In this document: positions 8,840 through 18,935 of the stretch, piece by piece
How positions within the stretch are numbered: position 1 is the stretch's first letter
Layout of the letters: each line of letters starts with the position of its first letter
NCBI GenBank assembly: GCA_963797095.1
Contig: CAWCNY010000005.1
Location: 320,001 to 384,000, forward strand
DNA length: 64,000 nucleotides
Source: an uncultured Chloroflexia bacterium
Lineage (GTDB): Bacteria > Chloroflexota > Chloroflexia > QHBQ01 > JADMIH01
Direction of reading: 5' to 3'
Program-made: the position numbers and the translations under genes
The notes under the pieces: generated by a model
What the model was told of the DNA's origin: nothing
Seen by the model: only the letters and a program-made list of their open reading frames with translations
Databases searched by the model: none

Positions 8840-9073
8840 CCCATAGGCCACAGCGCGGTGTCGAAAGCTCTACTTTTCCACAAACAAGCCAGATGGGCGG
8901 CTGGCATGAGCACGACCCACAGGAGGAAAACCCCATTTCGTGGTCTTTTTGCCTTTAGGGCCGCGAGGGGTTTCGTCCTTTAACTTCATGAGGGAGCCGA
9001 TAGACTGACCACGTTACCTGATTTTCAAGAAAGCTCCTGCACTACCGTTGCTGTAAGGAAGGAGGGATCTAGC

Positions 9074-10303
9074 ATGCAGATTCCGATGTCCTCTCCTGAC
9101 ATCGGTGACGCGGAGATCGCCGCAGTCAACGCCGTTCTACGTACGCCTCATCTGAGCATTGGCCCGCAGATATTGCAGTTTGAAGAAGCTGTGGCCCGGC
9201 GCGTTGGGGCCGTACATGCGATTGGTGTCAACTCCGGCACAAGTGGACTTCATCTCTGCGTCATAGCCGCCGGCATACAATCCGGTGATTTTGTAATTAC
9301 AACTCCTTTTTCTTTCGTCGCATCAGCGAACGCCATACTCTATGAGCGCGCGGTGCCGATCTTTGTAGATGTGGACCCTTTATCCGGCAACATCTCACCG
9401 GATGAAGTGGCCGCCGCCGCCGACGCATTGTTGAATGGAGGAAAGACCGCCGAGCAGTTCTTGCCCCGTGCTCTGCGCGGTAAGCGGACCACCGAGGGCG
9501 GACAGTTGCGGGCACTCCTGCCTATCCACGCCTTTGGGCAACCGTCGGATATGGACTCGATCCTTGCCACCGCACGACAACACAATCTTATCGTGATCGA
9601 GGACGCGTGCGAAGCTATCGGAGCCGAATATCGCGGCAAGCCCGCGGGCACACTGGGCGATGGAGGCGTGTTCGCGTTCTACCCCAATAAGCAGATGACA
9701 ACCGGCGAAGGGGGCGTAATTGTCACGAACCGGGAGGACTGGGCCCAGCTATGTCTGAGCCTTCGCAACCAGGGGCGCGATGTGTTCGATGCCTGGCTCA
9801 ACCACACTCGCCTCGGCTACAACTACAGGTTGGACGAAATGAGCGCTGCCCTTGGTGTGGCGCAGTTGGGCCGCCTGGAGGAGTTGCTGGCGAATCGTGA
9901 CCGAGTGGCCGGTTGGTATAACGAGCGCCTGGCAGACCTGGACGGAGTGGAAACTCCCATCATAGTGCCAACCACCACGCGGATGAGTTGGTTCGTGTAT
10001 ACAGTTCGTATCACCCATCCATTGGGGCGGGACGCTGTGATGAAGCGCCTTCTTGAGGCAGGCATTCCCAGCCGTCCATATTTCACACCGATACACTTAC
10101 AGCCCTTCTATCGAGACAGATTTGGTTATGAGCGCGGCGATTTCCCGGTCACCGAATATCTAGGCGATGTGACGCTGGCGCTCCCCTTCTCAGGTGTTAT
10201 GGCTGAGGAACAGGTGACTTACGTTTGTGATACGCTCAGGCGTCTGCTTAGGCCCGGTGGGATGCAGGCCCGGCACACGGCTACGGCAGAGGTGGGGGCC
10301 TGA
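9074..10303 (+). CDS. DegT/DnrJ/EryC1/StrS PLP sugar aminotransferase (PglE-like)
   Basis: NSGTSGLH, IEDACEAIG, FAFYPNKQMTTGEGG (PLP lysine), GYNYRLDEMSAALG. Confidence 0.95.
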   Translation: MQIPMSSPDIGDAEIAAVNAVLRTPHLSIGPQILQFEEAVARRVGAVHAIGVNSGTSGLHLCVIAAGIQSGDFVITTPFSFVASANAILYERAVPIFVDVDPLSGNISPDEVAAAADALLNGGKTAEQFLPRALRGKRTTEGGQLRALLPIHAFGQPSDMDSILATARQHNLIVIEDACEAIGAEYRGKPAGTLGDGGVFAFYPNKQMTTGEGGVIVTNREDWAQLCLSLRNQGRDVFDAWLNHTRLGYNYRLDEMSAALGVAQLGRLEELLANRDRVAGWYNERLADLDGVETPIIVPTTTRMSWFVYTVRITHPLGRDAVMKRLLEAGIPSRPYFTPIHLQPFYRDRFGYERGDFPVTEYLGDVTLALPFSGVMAEEQVTYVCDTLRRLLRPGGMQARHTATAEVGA

Positions 10304-12333
10304 TGGAAGGACTGGGTTTGTTCATGTCGAAGCTGCGCAATCGCCACTTCCTAGTGATTGACATCCTATCGTTCCTGATAACCCCGCTACTGGCGCTGAT
10401 ACTGCGTATGGACGGTAACGTGCCCTTCGACCGGTACAGCGGCTCATTGATCGTAGCCACGATCGTGTTCCTCCTAGTTAAGCTGGTGGTGTTCTACAGA
10501 GGTGGCCTGTATAGCCGCTTCTGGCGCTATGCTGGACTGGATGATCTGGCCCACCTGGCCTTTCTAGGCGTGGTGGCTCTCCTTTTCCAGACGGCGCTCT
10601 TCTTACTGGTGTTGCAACCCAACGGCTGGATCGGGCGTGATTTCCCGCGCTCCATGCCTATTGTCGAAGGATTGCTGGCACTATTGGTGGCAGGCGCGTT
10701 TCGCTACAGCGTACCTTTCACCGCTCGCCTCGGCCAGCAGCGCAGCAGTAATCCCGATGCGCGACTTGTACTGATCGCCGGGGCAGGCTCGGCAGGCGTG
10801 ATGATGGTCCAGGAGATGCAACGCAACCCCGACCTCGGCATGTGGCCTGTGGGCTTCGTTGACGATGCAGCCGATAAGCAAAAAATGCGCATAAGGGGTG
10901 TACCTGTGCTTGGGCGCTGTGCGGATATAGCCCGTGTGGTTGAACAGACCGGCGCTCAACAGGTGGTGATCGCTATGCCGACCGCCCCAGGCAAGATCAT
11001 CCGGGACATAGTTCACCTTTGCGAACAGGCAGACATCCAGACCAAGACGATGCCCGGCATGTACGAATTACTGGGAGGCCGGGTCAGTATCAAACAGTTG
11101 CGCGATGTGGAGATCGAGGACCTGTTGCGCCGCGAGCCTATACAGACCGATATCGCGGCGGTTGCCGAGTTGTTGAGAGGCAAGAGGGTGCTCGTAACAG
11201 GCGGCGGAGGCTCCATAGGAGGCGAGCTTTGCCGCCAGATGCTCCGGTTTGACCCGGAGTCGCTGGTAATTCTGGGGCATGGGGAGAACTCCGTTTTCCA
11301 CATCCACCAGGAGTTACTGCGACTACAGGAGCAGTCTCAAGCCACCGGTGCAGGAGGCATGAGCACCGAGATTCATACCGTAATCGCCGATATCCGCTTC
11401 CAGGACCGCATCTTAAGAGTCTTCGAAGAATATCAGCCACAGGTTGTATTCCATGCGGCGGCTCACAAACATGTGCACCTTATGGAATTGAACCCTTCTG
11501 AAGCGGTTACTAACAACGTGCTGGGAACTCGCACTCTGCTGGAGGCATCACAGACAGTTGGGGTCGAGCGTTTCGTGATGATCTCCACCGACAAAGCAGT
11601 CAACCCCATCGGCATCATGGGCGCGAGCAAGCGAGTGGCCGAGAAACTGGTGCATCAGGCCGCCATGCAAAATGGACGGGCCTATGTGGCGGTACGCTTC
11701 GGAAATGTGTTGGGCAGCCGAGGCAGCGTGGTCGAGATATTTAAGGATCAAATCGCCGCCGGGGGCCCCGTCACGATCACACACCCACAGATGATGCGCT
11801 ATTTCATGACCATCCCGGAGGCGGTGCAATTGGTATTGCAAGCGGCAACGCTTGGCCGTGGGGGCGAGGTCTTTATGCTCGATATGGGCGAACCGGTGAG
11901 GATCGTTGATCTTGCACAGGACCTGATCGAGTTGTCAGGGCTTACAGTTGGTCACGATATTGACATTGTCTTCACCGGCGTTCGACCCGGCGAGAAGCTA
12001 TCTGAAGAACTCTATCTCGCGGGCGAGGAATATGAGGCTACGGAGCACGAAAAGATCCGCATTGTAAGGCAGACCGCAGACGTTATGCCGCAACGACTGG
12101 AGAGAGCAGTCACTACCCTCGTTGCGGCGGCACATGCAGACAACCGGCGCAGGATCATGGCCGGGCTCCGGCTACTTGTGCCGGAATTTCAACAGACAGC
12201 ACACGGCGCAGAAGCACAAACCCACCTGCTAGACGGGTTGGACCTGAGCATGCCCGTACCGTATACACCCGACGAAAGCGTGCATTTGAGCCACACCGCT
12301 GAGCCGCCGGGACCCACAGATGCCCCCCCTTAA
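10303..12333 (+). CDS. Membrane-bound UDP-GlcNAc 4,6-dehydratase (CapD/PglF family)
   Basis: N-terminal TMs; EDLLRREP, VTGGGGSIGGEL, HAAAHKHV, STDKAVNP, VRFGNVLGSRGSV, RPGEKL. Confidence 0.95.
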   Translation: MEGLGLFMSKLRNRHFLVIDILSFLITPLLALILRMDGNVPFDRYSGSLIVATIVFLLVKLVVFYRGGLYSRFWRYAGLDDLAHLAFLGVVALLFQTALFLLVLQPNGWIGRDFPRSMPIVEGLLALLVAGAFRYSVPFTARLGQQRSSNPDARLVLIAGAGSAGVMMVQEMQRNPDLGMWPVGFVDDAADKQKMRIRGVPVLGRCADIARVVEQTGAQQVVIAMPTAPGKIIRDIVHLCEQADIQTKTMPGMYELLGGRVSIKQLRDVEIEDLLRREPIQTDIAAVAELLRGKRVLVTGGGGSIGGELCRQMLRFDPESLVILGHGENSVFHIHQELLRLQEQSQATGAGGMSTEIHTVIADIRFQDRILRVFEEYQPQVVFHAAAHKHVHLMELNPSEAVTNNVLGTRTLLEASQTVGVERFVMISTDKAVNPIGIMGASKRVAEKLVHQAAMQNGRAYVAVRFGNVLGSRGSVVEIFKDQIAAGGPVTITHPQMMRYFMTIPEAVQLVLQAATLGRGGEVFMLDMGEPVRIVDLAQDLIELSGLTVGHDIDIVFTGVRPGEKLSEELYLAGEEYEATEHEKIRIVRQTADVMPQRLERAVTTLVAAAHADNRRRIMAGLRLLVPEFQQTAHGAEAQTHLLDGLDLSMPVPYTPDESVHLSHTAEPPGPTDAPP

Positions 12334-15013
12334 TCGCCTGCTCTGGTGGCTGGTGCCTATCGTCGCATTGGGCCTGGTGCTACTGACCAGCTACCAGGCG
12401 ATCACCTCGCGACGATATGACAGGGCAAATGGAATAACAGGCGAGCTACTTGCGGGAAGCAGCATAGGCCAAACCTTTATAGCACGCTATGCCAATTTAT
12501 CAGGCGTAGAATTGCACCTCGGCACGTACGACCCGAATCCCGCGCCTGCTAAGGCTTCTCTCGTATTGCATTTGAGGGCGGAAGCAGGAAACGGCCCGGA
12601 CCTGGCGACCGCCCAGATGCCCGCAGGTGCTCCACTCGCCCACGACCCCTGGTATCTCTTTTCGTTCCAGCCCATCGCCGACAGCCAGGACCGCTCATTC
12701 TATATTGAAGTGGAGTCGCCCGATGGAGCGCCGAGCAAGGCGCTGACCGTATACTGGTGGCAACCCAGCCCCGACGGCGATGCCTACCCAGACGGCACGG
12801 CCTACTTGGACGGCCAACCCCAACCGGGTGACCTGACATTCGGCCTTCACTACGAACCATCACCTCTGGCCGCTATGGCTCAGGTTGGGCGCGCTCTATC
12901 GACCAATATGCCTGTTGCGATGATGCCTCTCTTGTTTGGGGGAGCAGCCATAGGCGTGTGGGCGCTCATATACTTACCCATTAGGCTCCGCGACCCCGAT
13001 CGGCGGCAACGCTGGCTAAAGCGCTGGTCTTTGCCGTTCGTGCTTGGCGCCGCCTTCATCAATGGGCTGATTTACCTGTTGGTGGTGCCACCCTGGCAAG
13101 GGCCGGATGAGCACACACATTTCGCCTACGCTGCCCTGCTTGATCGATATGACCTCGATTCGAGCAAGGCACAGGCGCTCTATTTGCAAGAGCAGGCAAG
13201 CGATGACCGGCTAGCAGGTGTCGTGAGGGATGCCATGGCTCGCCACGACTTTACGCGCCTGCTGCTTGGCAGTGCTGCGCCCGGCACGCCACCCGACGCA
13301 CGTGCCACCCTGTTTTACTCTGTGCGCCAGCCGCCACTATATTACTGGCTGGGAGCGTTGGCGCTACGCTCCGGCCGCTGGCTGGGTATCTCTGCCGATC
13401 CTTATAGCGACCCTGATACGGCGCTCCTTGTGCTACGGTTCGTGTCGCTGGTGCTTGGCCTGGTGGTCGTTGCGCTGGCGTGGGTGGCCGCGCGACTGAT
13501 CTCTGCGGAGGGCTATAGCTGGCTGCGCTTGCTGCTACCCTTGACCATCGCGTTGCTGCCAATGCTCACCTTCGATTCGACAATCGCGAATAATGACGTG
13601 CTTGCTGAGGTCGCCGTGTCGGCGTTGTTTGTGACATTGGCCGCGCTCTTGCGATGGCCCACCGGGCGGCGAGGATTAGCGCTGGCTGCGCTTGCAGTGT
13701 TGCTGGCGCTGCTGGGCGTTTTCACGAAGTCGACTGCGACGGCGGCGGCGCTTCCGCTGCTGGCGACCGGCCTGGTTGTGTGGGTCGGAATGCTGGTGAC
13801 GAAGGCGCTTGAGCGGCGGACCGAACGTAAAGGCGTGGCAGGCAACCGGATGTTCGTACCGGGCATCCTGGGTGGGCTGAGCCTGCTGCTGGTGGTTGGT
13901 GCACTGCTCTTAGCCTATGAGCCTCAGGAGAGGGCAGCGGGTTGGGTACTCAGCAGGGTTCCGCTCTGGCGAATGCCGCGTGTTGAGACGCCGACGGCAC
14001 ACGATGGGCATTATGTGCTGGAACTTGGGGCGCAAGGCCAGCAGGCGGTGATGGCGTTCCAGGTAGTGGTGCTGCCCACCTACCACCCGGCTATGACGAT
14101 GACTGTATCTGGGTGGGTGAGGGCGGTGCCTGCCGCAGGCCCACCCCTGGTCGCAGCGCCAACCGCCGCGCTGAAGATAGAGGAGGGCGGCTTCTTGATG
14201 GGGCGATCCGACGTGTTCCTCGACCAGTCGGGGGAATGGCAACGGATCAGCGCCATGGCCCACCTGATCGAAGGCACCCAACAGATAGTACTGAGGATCA
14301 CAGCCGAAGACGAGCGGGCGCAATTCGACGATTTCAGTATGCAGCTTGATGATGGGCCGGTGGCGTGGCACGACCCGGTCTTCCGTACTACTCTGCTCAA
14401 CCCGTCCGCCGAGTCGGGCACGCTGGGATTGAGGCAGTTCCTTGTTGATCGATTGCCTATAGAGGTCACGACGGCGGCCGAGGTGCTGCCTAACCCGCAA
14501 GCGTTCGATGTGCCTGCGCTGTGGCTCCAGTACGGCAGAGAGCAGTATGATACTTTCTGGGGCAGCTTCGGGTGGGAGTCGATTCCTCTGTCCGATATCG
14601 GGTATACGTTGCTGGGTATCATCATCGTAGTTTCGATAGCGGGTCTGGTGGTGCGGGCTGTGCGCCGGTGGGGGCAATGGACCTCACTTTACTGGCTTGG
14701 GTTCTCGGCAATACTCGCATTGGTCATTTCCATGGTGGCAGTGTTCGCCTGGCAGACAGCGCGACTGGCTACGCAAGGGGTGATAGGTGGGTTGTATGGG
14801 CGCTATTTGTTTGTGCTGATTATTCCCATTGTCTGGCTCCTGATTGCCGGGTTGGGCGGGATCGTATCGCTCTTCCGCCGCTCGCAGCCTGAGCAGAGGG
14901 ATATGGAGGCAGCAGCCGGGCTTCCCTGGGCCGTGTGGGCGTGGAATATCGGATTGGTGGTGTTCGCAGTCTATTGTTTGCTAACGCTGATCATACCTTA
15001 CTATTACGCTTAG
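12320..15013 (+). CDS. GT-C-fold membrane glycosyltransferase (DUF2142/PMT-like) with two extracytoplasmic beta domains
   Basis: PPWQGPDEHTHFAY, QPPLYYW, NNDVLA and GRYLF motifs; many TM segments; CBM-like inserts. Confidence 0.75.
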   Translation: MPPLNRLLWWLVPIVALGLVLLTSYQAITSRRYDRANGITGELLAGSSIGQTFIARYANLSGVELHLGTYDPNPAPAKASLVLHLRAEAGNGPDLATAQMPAGAPLAHDPWYLFSFQPIADSQDRSFYIEVESPDGAPSKALTVYWWQPSPDGDAYPDGTAYLDGQPQPGDLTFGLHYEPSPLAAMAQVGRALSTNMPVAMMPLLFGGAAIGVWALIYLPIRLRDPDRRQRWLKRWSLPFVLGAAFINGLIYLLVVPPWQGPDEHTHFAYAALLDRYDLDSSKAQALYLQEQASDDRLAGVVRDAMARHDFTRLLLGSAAPGTPPDARATLFYSVRQPPLYYWLGALALRSGRWLGISADPYSDPDTALLVLRFVSLVLGLVVVALAWVAARLISAEGYSWLRLLLPLTIALLPMLTFDSTIANNDVLAEVAVSALFVTLAALLRWPTGRRGLALAALAVLLALLGVFTKSTATAAALPLLATGLVVWVGMLVTKALERRTERKGVAGNRMFVPGILGGLSLLLVVGALLLAYEPQERAAGWVLSRVPLWRMPRVETPTAHDGHYVLELGAQGQQAVMAFQVVVLPTYHPAMTMTVSGWVRAVPAAGPPLVAAPTAALKIEEGGFLMGRSDVFLDQSGEWQRISAMAHLIEGTQQIVLRITAEDERAQFDDFSMQLDDGPVAWHDPVFRTTLLNPSAESGTLGLRQFLVDRLPIEVTTAAEVLPNPQAFDVPALWLQYGREQYDTFWGSFGWESIPLSDIGYTLLGIIIVVSIAGLVVRAVRRWGQWTSLYWLGFSAILALVISMVAVFAWQTARLATQGVIGGLYGRYLFVLIIPIVWLLIAGLGGIVSLFRRSQPEQRDMEAAAGLPWAVWAWNIGLVVFAVYCLLTLIIPYYYA

Positions 15014-16304
15014 GAGGCACGCGGAAACAAAGCAGGCAAAGTGAGAGAAATGTGATAAACTGAGCGAATGAAAGATTTCTCTCAGCAAGATCAATACAAA
15101 GTGATGCATGGAGTGCTCAATGAGCGACAGTGGCGGCTGTATGTGGCGAGCCAGGCCAAGCGGTTAGGCAGGGGAGGCATAAGCCGAGTGGCACGCGAGG
15201 CCGGGGTCACTCGTGAGACTATCTACAAGGGGATGCTAGAATTGGAGGCAGGAGAGGTCTATCAACCGGGAGGTAGGATACGCAGGTATGGTGGTGGGCG
15301 CAAGCAGGTCACAGCCATAGATGAGACGTTGCTCCCCGATTTGGAAAGCCTCCTTGAGCCCAAGGGTGACCCGATGAGCTTGCTCAAATGGACCACCAAG
15401 AGTGTGGCCCATCTCAAAGAGGCTCTAGAGGGGATGGGGCATGTGCATGGGGTGGCCGAGACTACAATCCGTCGGATTTTACACGACCTTGGCTACTCGC
15501 TACGAGCTAATAAGAAGAACATCGAAGGAGTATCCCACCCCGACCGAGACGCCCAATTTGCCCACATCTTGGGCAAGTGCCACTCGTTTGAGGAGGCGAG
15601 CAACCCGATAATATCGGTGGACTGCAAGAAGAAGGAGTTGATAGGGCTTTTCAAGAACAACGGGGAGGAGTTGGTGGCCAAAGGGGAAGATACTCAGGTG
15701 TCGGTGTACGACTTTGCCTCCCTCTCCGATGGCAAAGCCATCCCTTATAGGGTGTACGACCTGGTACACAATAGGGGATTTGTGAATGTGGGCATCGACC
15801 ATGACACAGCTGAATTTGCGGTGGAGAGTATCCGCAGATGGTGGAAGGAGTGGGGCCAGCGGCTGTATCGGGGCAAGAAGGCATTGTTGATCACGGCAGG
15901 TGGAGGTGGTTCCAACGGGGCCAGAAATCGGTTGTGGAAGAAGCAACTGCAAGCACTGGCTAATGAAGAACAACTGTCCATCTCGGTGGTGCATTATCCA
16001 CCAGCTACCAGCAAATGGAACAAGATAGAGCACCGGTTGTTCTCCTACATCTCGATCAATTGGAGAGCCACCCCACTCACCTCGCTGGAGGTGGTGTTGG
16101 AACTGATATCACATACAACGACCGAGGAGGGGATAGAGGTGGTAGCGCTGAAGGACAGTCAATTGTATCCTACAGGGCGGAAAGTGAGTGATGAAGAAGT
16201 GGAGGGCCTAAATCTGGTGCGAGAGGGGTTTCATGGCGAATGGAACTACACCATTTCCCCACAACATTCACCCTCTTCTGACCAGCTTATTTAGGAGGGC
16301 CTCC
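15013..16304 (+). mobile_element. ISAzo13-type element
   Basis: Ends GGAGGC (15013) and GCCTCC (16304), flanked by a TTA duplication (15010-15012, 16305-16307). Confidence 0.85.
15068..16294 (+). CDS. ISAzo13-family transposase, probably inactive
   Basis: HPDRDAQF, ISVDCKKKELIG, DHDTAEFAVESIRRWW, SKWNKIEHRLFS, FHGEWNYTI. The usual ITADGGGSNG reads ITAGGGGSNG. Confidence 0.9.
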   Translation: MKDFSQQDQYKVMHGVLNERQWRLYVASQAKRLGRGGISRVAREAGVTRETIYKGMLELEAGEVYQPGGRIRRYGGGRKQVTAIDETLLPDLESLLEPKGDPMSLLKWTTKSVAHLKEALEGMGHVHGVAETTIRRILHDLGYSLRANKKNIEGVSHPDRDAQFAHILGKCHSFEEASNPIISVDCKKKELIGLFKNNGEELVAKGEDTQVSVYDFASLSDGKAIPYRVYDLVHNRGFVNVGIDHDTAEFAVESIRRWWKEWGQRLYRGKKALLITAGGGGSNGARNRLWKKQLQALANEEQLSISVVHYPPATSKWNKIEHRLFSYISINWRATPLTSLEVVLELISHTTTEEGIEVVALKDSQLYPTGRKVSDEEVEGLNLVREGFHGEWNYTISPQHSPSSDQLI

Positions 16305-16452
16305 TTAAATTCAGGAACAATGTAGACCTAAGTCGATCCCGTGATCCGTTTTTGGGGTATCAAAAGGAAGGTGCCTGGTTCTCCCCTCATATAGCAAATG
16401 ACATTGGTGGGACAAAACGGGACACGTTTTGGGGTGTACTTTGGTACAGTTT

Positions 16453-17088
16453 TTAGCGCTGCCAGCGGGCCGGGACACCTATGGCGGTGACGCCACCCGG
16501 TACATCGCGAACGACTACCGCGCCCGCACCGACTACCGCCCAATCGCCTATGGATTTGCCTGGAGCGACGCTGCCGCCAATGCCAACCAGGACCCCTTCG
16601 CCGACGCGCACATCGCCTGAAAGGTGAGCGCCCGGCGCGATATGGGCGTAGTCGTCTACGATACAGTCGTGGTCGACGGTGGCCCCGGTGTTCACTATTA
16701 CGTGGTCACCCACCGCGGCATCGGGGTTGATTACGGCCCCGGCGGCGATCACCACGTCTTGCCCCAGGCGCACTGAACGGGCTACGATAGCGCGGGGGTG
16801 GACCGCCTGCATCCACAAAGGAGAAGCTTGAGCACCCAAGCGCTCGACTACACGGCGACGTGTTTTGTTGTCGCCTACGCCCATAACCAGGCCATCGGGG
16901 GTATAGGAAGCGTAGGTGTCTATAGCGCCCAGCACCGGCAAATCGAGGCGTATCTGGCCCCAGAATGTGGGGTCGTCGTCCAGGAAGCCAATGACGAGGA
17001 GACCCTGAGACATAAGGATGTCGGCCACTACTTTGCCGTGACCGCCCGCACCAAGCACCAGTATGCCGTGTTGGAGGGTGTGGGTCAT
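16453..17088 (-). CDS. Hexapeptide-repeat sugar acetyltransferase (PglD/NeuD family)
   Basis: GAGGHGKVV, VNTGATVDHDC, VGAGAVVVRDVP, GVPAR. Confidence 0.93.
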   Translation of the reverse strand: MTHTLQHGILVLGAGGHGKVVADILMSQGLLVIGFLDDDPTFWGQIRLDLPVLGAIDTYASYTPDGLVMGVGDNKTRRRVVERLGAQASPLWMQAVHPRAIVARSVRLGQDVVIAAGAVINPDAAVGDHVIVNTGATVDHDCIVDDYAHIAPGAHLSGDVRVGEGVLVGIGGSVAPGKSIGDWAVVGAGAVVVRDVPGGVTAIGVPARWQR

Positions 17089-17711
17089 GAGTTGGCCTCC
17101 GGCGGGGGCGTGCTGCCCATGAACTCGGACATGGTGGCGTGACCGTCCTGGCTGATCAACTCGCGGCGGATTACTTTGCCGAGAGTTTGAACGAGGATCC
17201 GGAGATCAAGGCCGAGCGATTGGTGGTCTACGTACCAGCAATCGAGAGCGAACTTTTGCTCCCAGGTGAGGGCGTTGCGGCCGTTGATCTGCGCCCAGCC
17301 AGTGATACCTGGGCGAAGATCGTGGCGCCGCATCTGTTCAGGGGTGTAGCGTTCGAGATATTGCATAAGGAGGGGGCGCGGGCCAACCAGGCTCATATCG
17401 CCTTTGAGGACGTTGAGCAGTTCAGGCAATTCATCAAGGCTGCCGGCGCGAAGGAAGCGGCCAAATGGAGTAAGACGCTCACTATCCGGGAAGAGATGGC
17501 CTTCGGCATCGCGCTTATCGGTCATGGTGCGGAACTTTAGGAGGGTGAAAGGGCGACCATGGAGGCCGGGCCTGCGCTGGCGAAAGAGGACGGGCGAACC
17601 GAGACGCTGACGGACCAGAAGCGCCAGGATCAAAAGCAGGGGCGAGAGAAGGATCAGCGCGGGGAACGTGATCACCAGATCAAGCAAACGTTTGCCGAAG
17701 GCGTTATACAT
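17085..17711 (-). CDS. Initiating phosphoglycosyl transferase (PglC/EpsL family)
   Basis: KRLLD, KFRTM, SLDELPEL, GDMSLVGPRP, PGITGWAQINGRN. Confidence 0.95.
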   Translation of the reverse strand: MYNAFGKRLLDLVITFPALILLSPLLLILALLVRQRLGSPVLFRQRRPGLHGRPFTLLKFRTMTDKRDAEGHLFPDSERLTPFGRFLRAGSLDELPELLNVLKGDMSLVGPRPLLMQYLERYTPEQMRRHDLRPGITGWAQINGRNALTWEQKFALDCWYVDHQSLGLDLRILVQTLGKVIRRELISQDGHATMSEFMGSTPPPEANS

Positions 17712-17723
17712 TACTCGGCTACC

Positions 17724-18935
17724 TCATGCCTCCACCGGGACGGCGGTTGGTATTTCATTCGGCTGAGGAACGGGGAGGCCCTTTTTGCTGAGCAGGCGAG
17801 CGTACTCGCTTATTATGCAGCGGATCACTTTGCTCTCGTCGAAGCGCTCTTCGGCAACTTTGCGCCCTTCCTGTCCCATTCGCTGTGCCTTGTCAGGGTC
17901 GGTGAGGATTTCGAGGATTGCAGATTCGATGGCGGGCACATCACCGAGAGGCACAAGGAGGCCGCTGCGACCGTTGTCGACGGCCTCGCGGTTGCCGCGC
18001 ACATCAGTTACGACGGAGGGAACGCCCATCGCGGCGGCTTCCATCACTACCTGGGGCATACCCTCGAAGAGGGAGGGGAGCACAAGCACATCCATGCTCT
18101 TGAGTAGGATGGGCAGTTCGTGGTTGGGACGCTGGCCGACGAAGACGCAGCGGTCGGCAAGGCCATAGTCGGCGGCCACCTCAGGCTCGACAGCATCGGG
18201 CTTGCCGTGGTCGGCCTCGCCCACGATCAGGAAGCGCACATCGGGCAGTTTAGCGGCCAGAATCTTACCCGCCGCCAGAAAGTCGAGGAAACCCTTACGC
18301 TTGGCCGCCAGACGGCCCACGAAGCCCACCACGGGCGCATCGGGGGCTATGCCAAGGTCGGCACGGCGGCGGGCTACATCCTCGACTGAGAAGCGTGTGG
18401 GATTGAAAACGCTTATGTCGATGCCGTTGCCCAGGTGCTTGATCTTGGAGGGTGGGCAGATGCCTTCACGGATGGCGGTGGCGATGTCCTCGGTGTTCTG
18501 GGAGAGGAGGAGGTCGGAGCAGCGGGCGGCGATCTTCTCGGTGGTGATGTAGAAGCGGCGGCCGCGCTTGCCCATGTTATCGTGGAAGTAGAAACCGAGG
18601 ACAGTGGTGACTACAACGGGCACGCGCGCCATGCGAGCGGCGAGCTGGCCGAGGAGGACAGCCTTGGGGGTGTGGGTATGGACGATGGTGGGACGCTCGC
18701 GGCGCATGAAGCGGAAGAGGAGCCAGAGCGAGCGAAGATCGGCGAGGGGGGAGAGGTTGCGGCTCATTGGCACCGGGACGAAGCGGATGCCACCCTCGCG
18801 GATGAAAGGTACGTCAGGGCCGGGGCTTGAGGCGGCAACCACCTCATAGCCTGAGTTTTGGACGGCGTGCATCTGGTCCATGAGGAGATAGCGCAACGAA
18901 AGGTCTACGGTTGTGAGATAGGCAACTTTAGTCAT
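17724..18935 (-). CDS. GT4 glycosyltransferase (PglA/CapM-like)
   Basis: Start MTKVAYLTT; HTHTPKA, GNGID, PSLFEGMPQVVMEAAAMG. Confidence 0.92.
   Translation of the reverse strand: MTKVAYLTTVDLSLRYLLMDQMHAVQNSGYEVVAASSPGPDVPFIREGGIRFVPVPMSRNLSPLADLRSLWLLFRFMRRERPTIVHTHTPKAVLLGQLAARMARVPVVVTTVLGFYFHDNMGKRGRRFYITTEKIAARCSDLLLSQNTEDIATAIREGICPPSKIKHLGNGIDISVFNPTRFSVEDVARRRADLGIAPDAPVVGFVGRLAAKRKGFLDFLAAGKILAAKLPDVRFLIVGEADHGKPDAVEPEVAADYGLADRCVFVGQRPNHELPILLKSMDVLVLPSLFEGMPQVVMEAAAMGVPSVVTDVRGNREAVDNGRSGLLVPLGDVPAIESAILEILTDPDKAQRMGQEGRKVAEERFDESKVIRCIISEYARLLSKKGLPVPQPNEIPTAVPVEA

Noticed and set aside
8840-9073. Known riboswitch (c-di-GMP, T-box, purine) or ops element in the glycan leader
   Set aside because: Consensus motifs are not recognisable; GGCGGCTGG differs from the ops sequence GGCGGTAG. 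Kept only as an unclassified structure.
16308-16452. Short repeats (GTTTTGGGGT twice, GGGACA twice) between the IS and the acetyltransferase
   Set aside because: Too short and irregular to support a feature.
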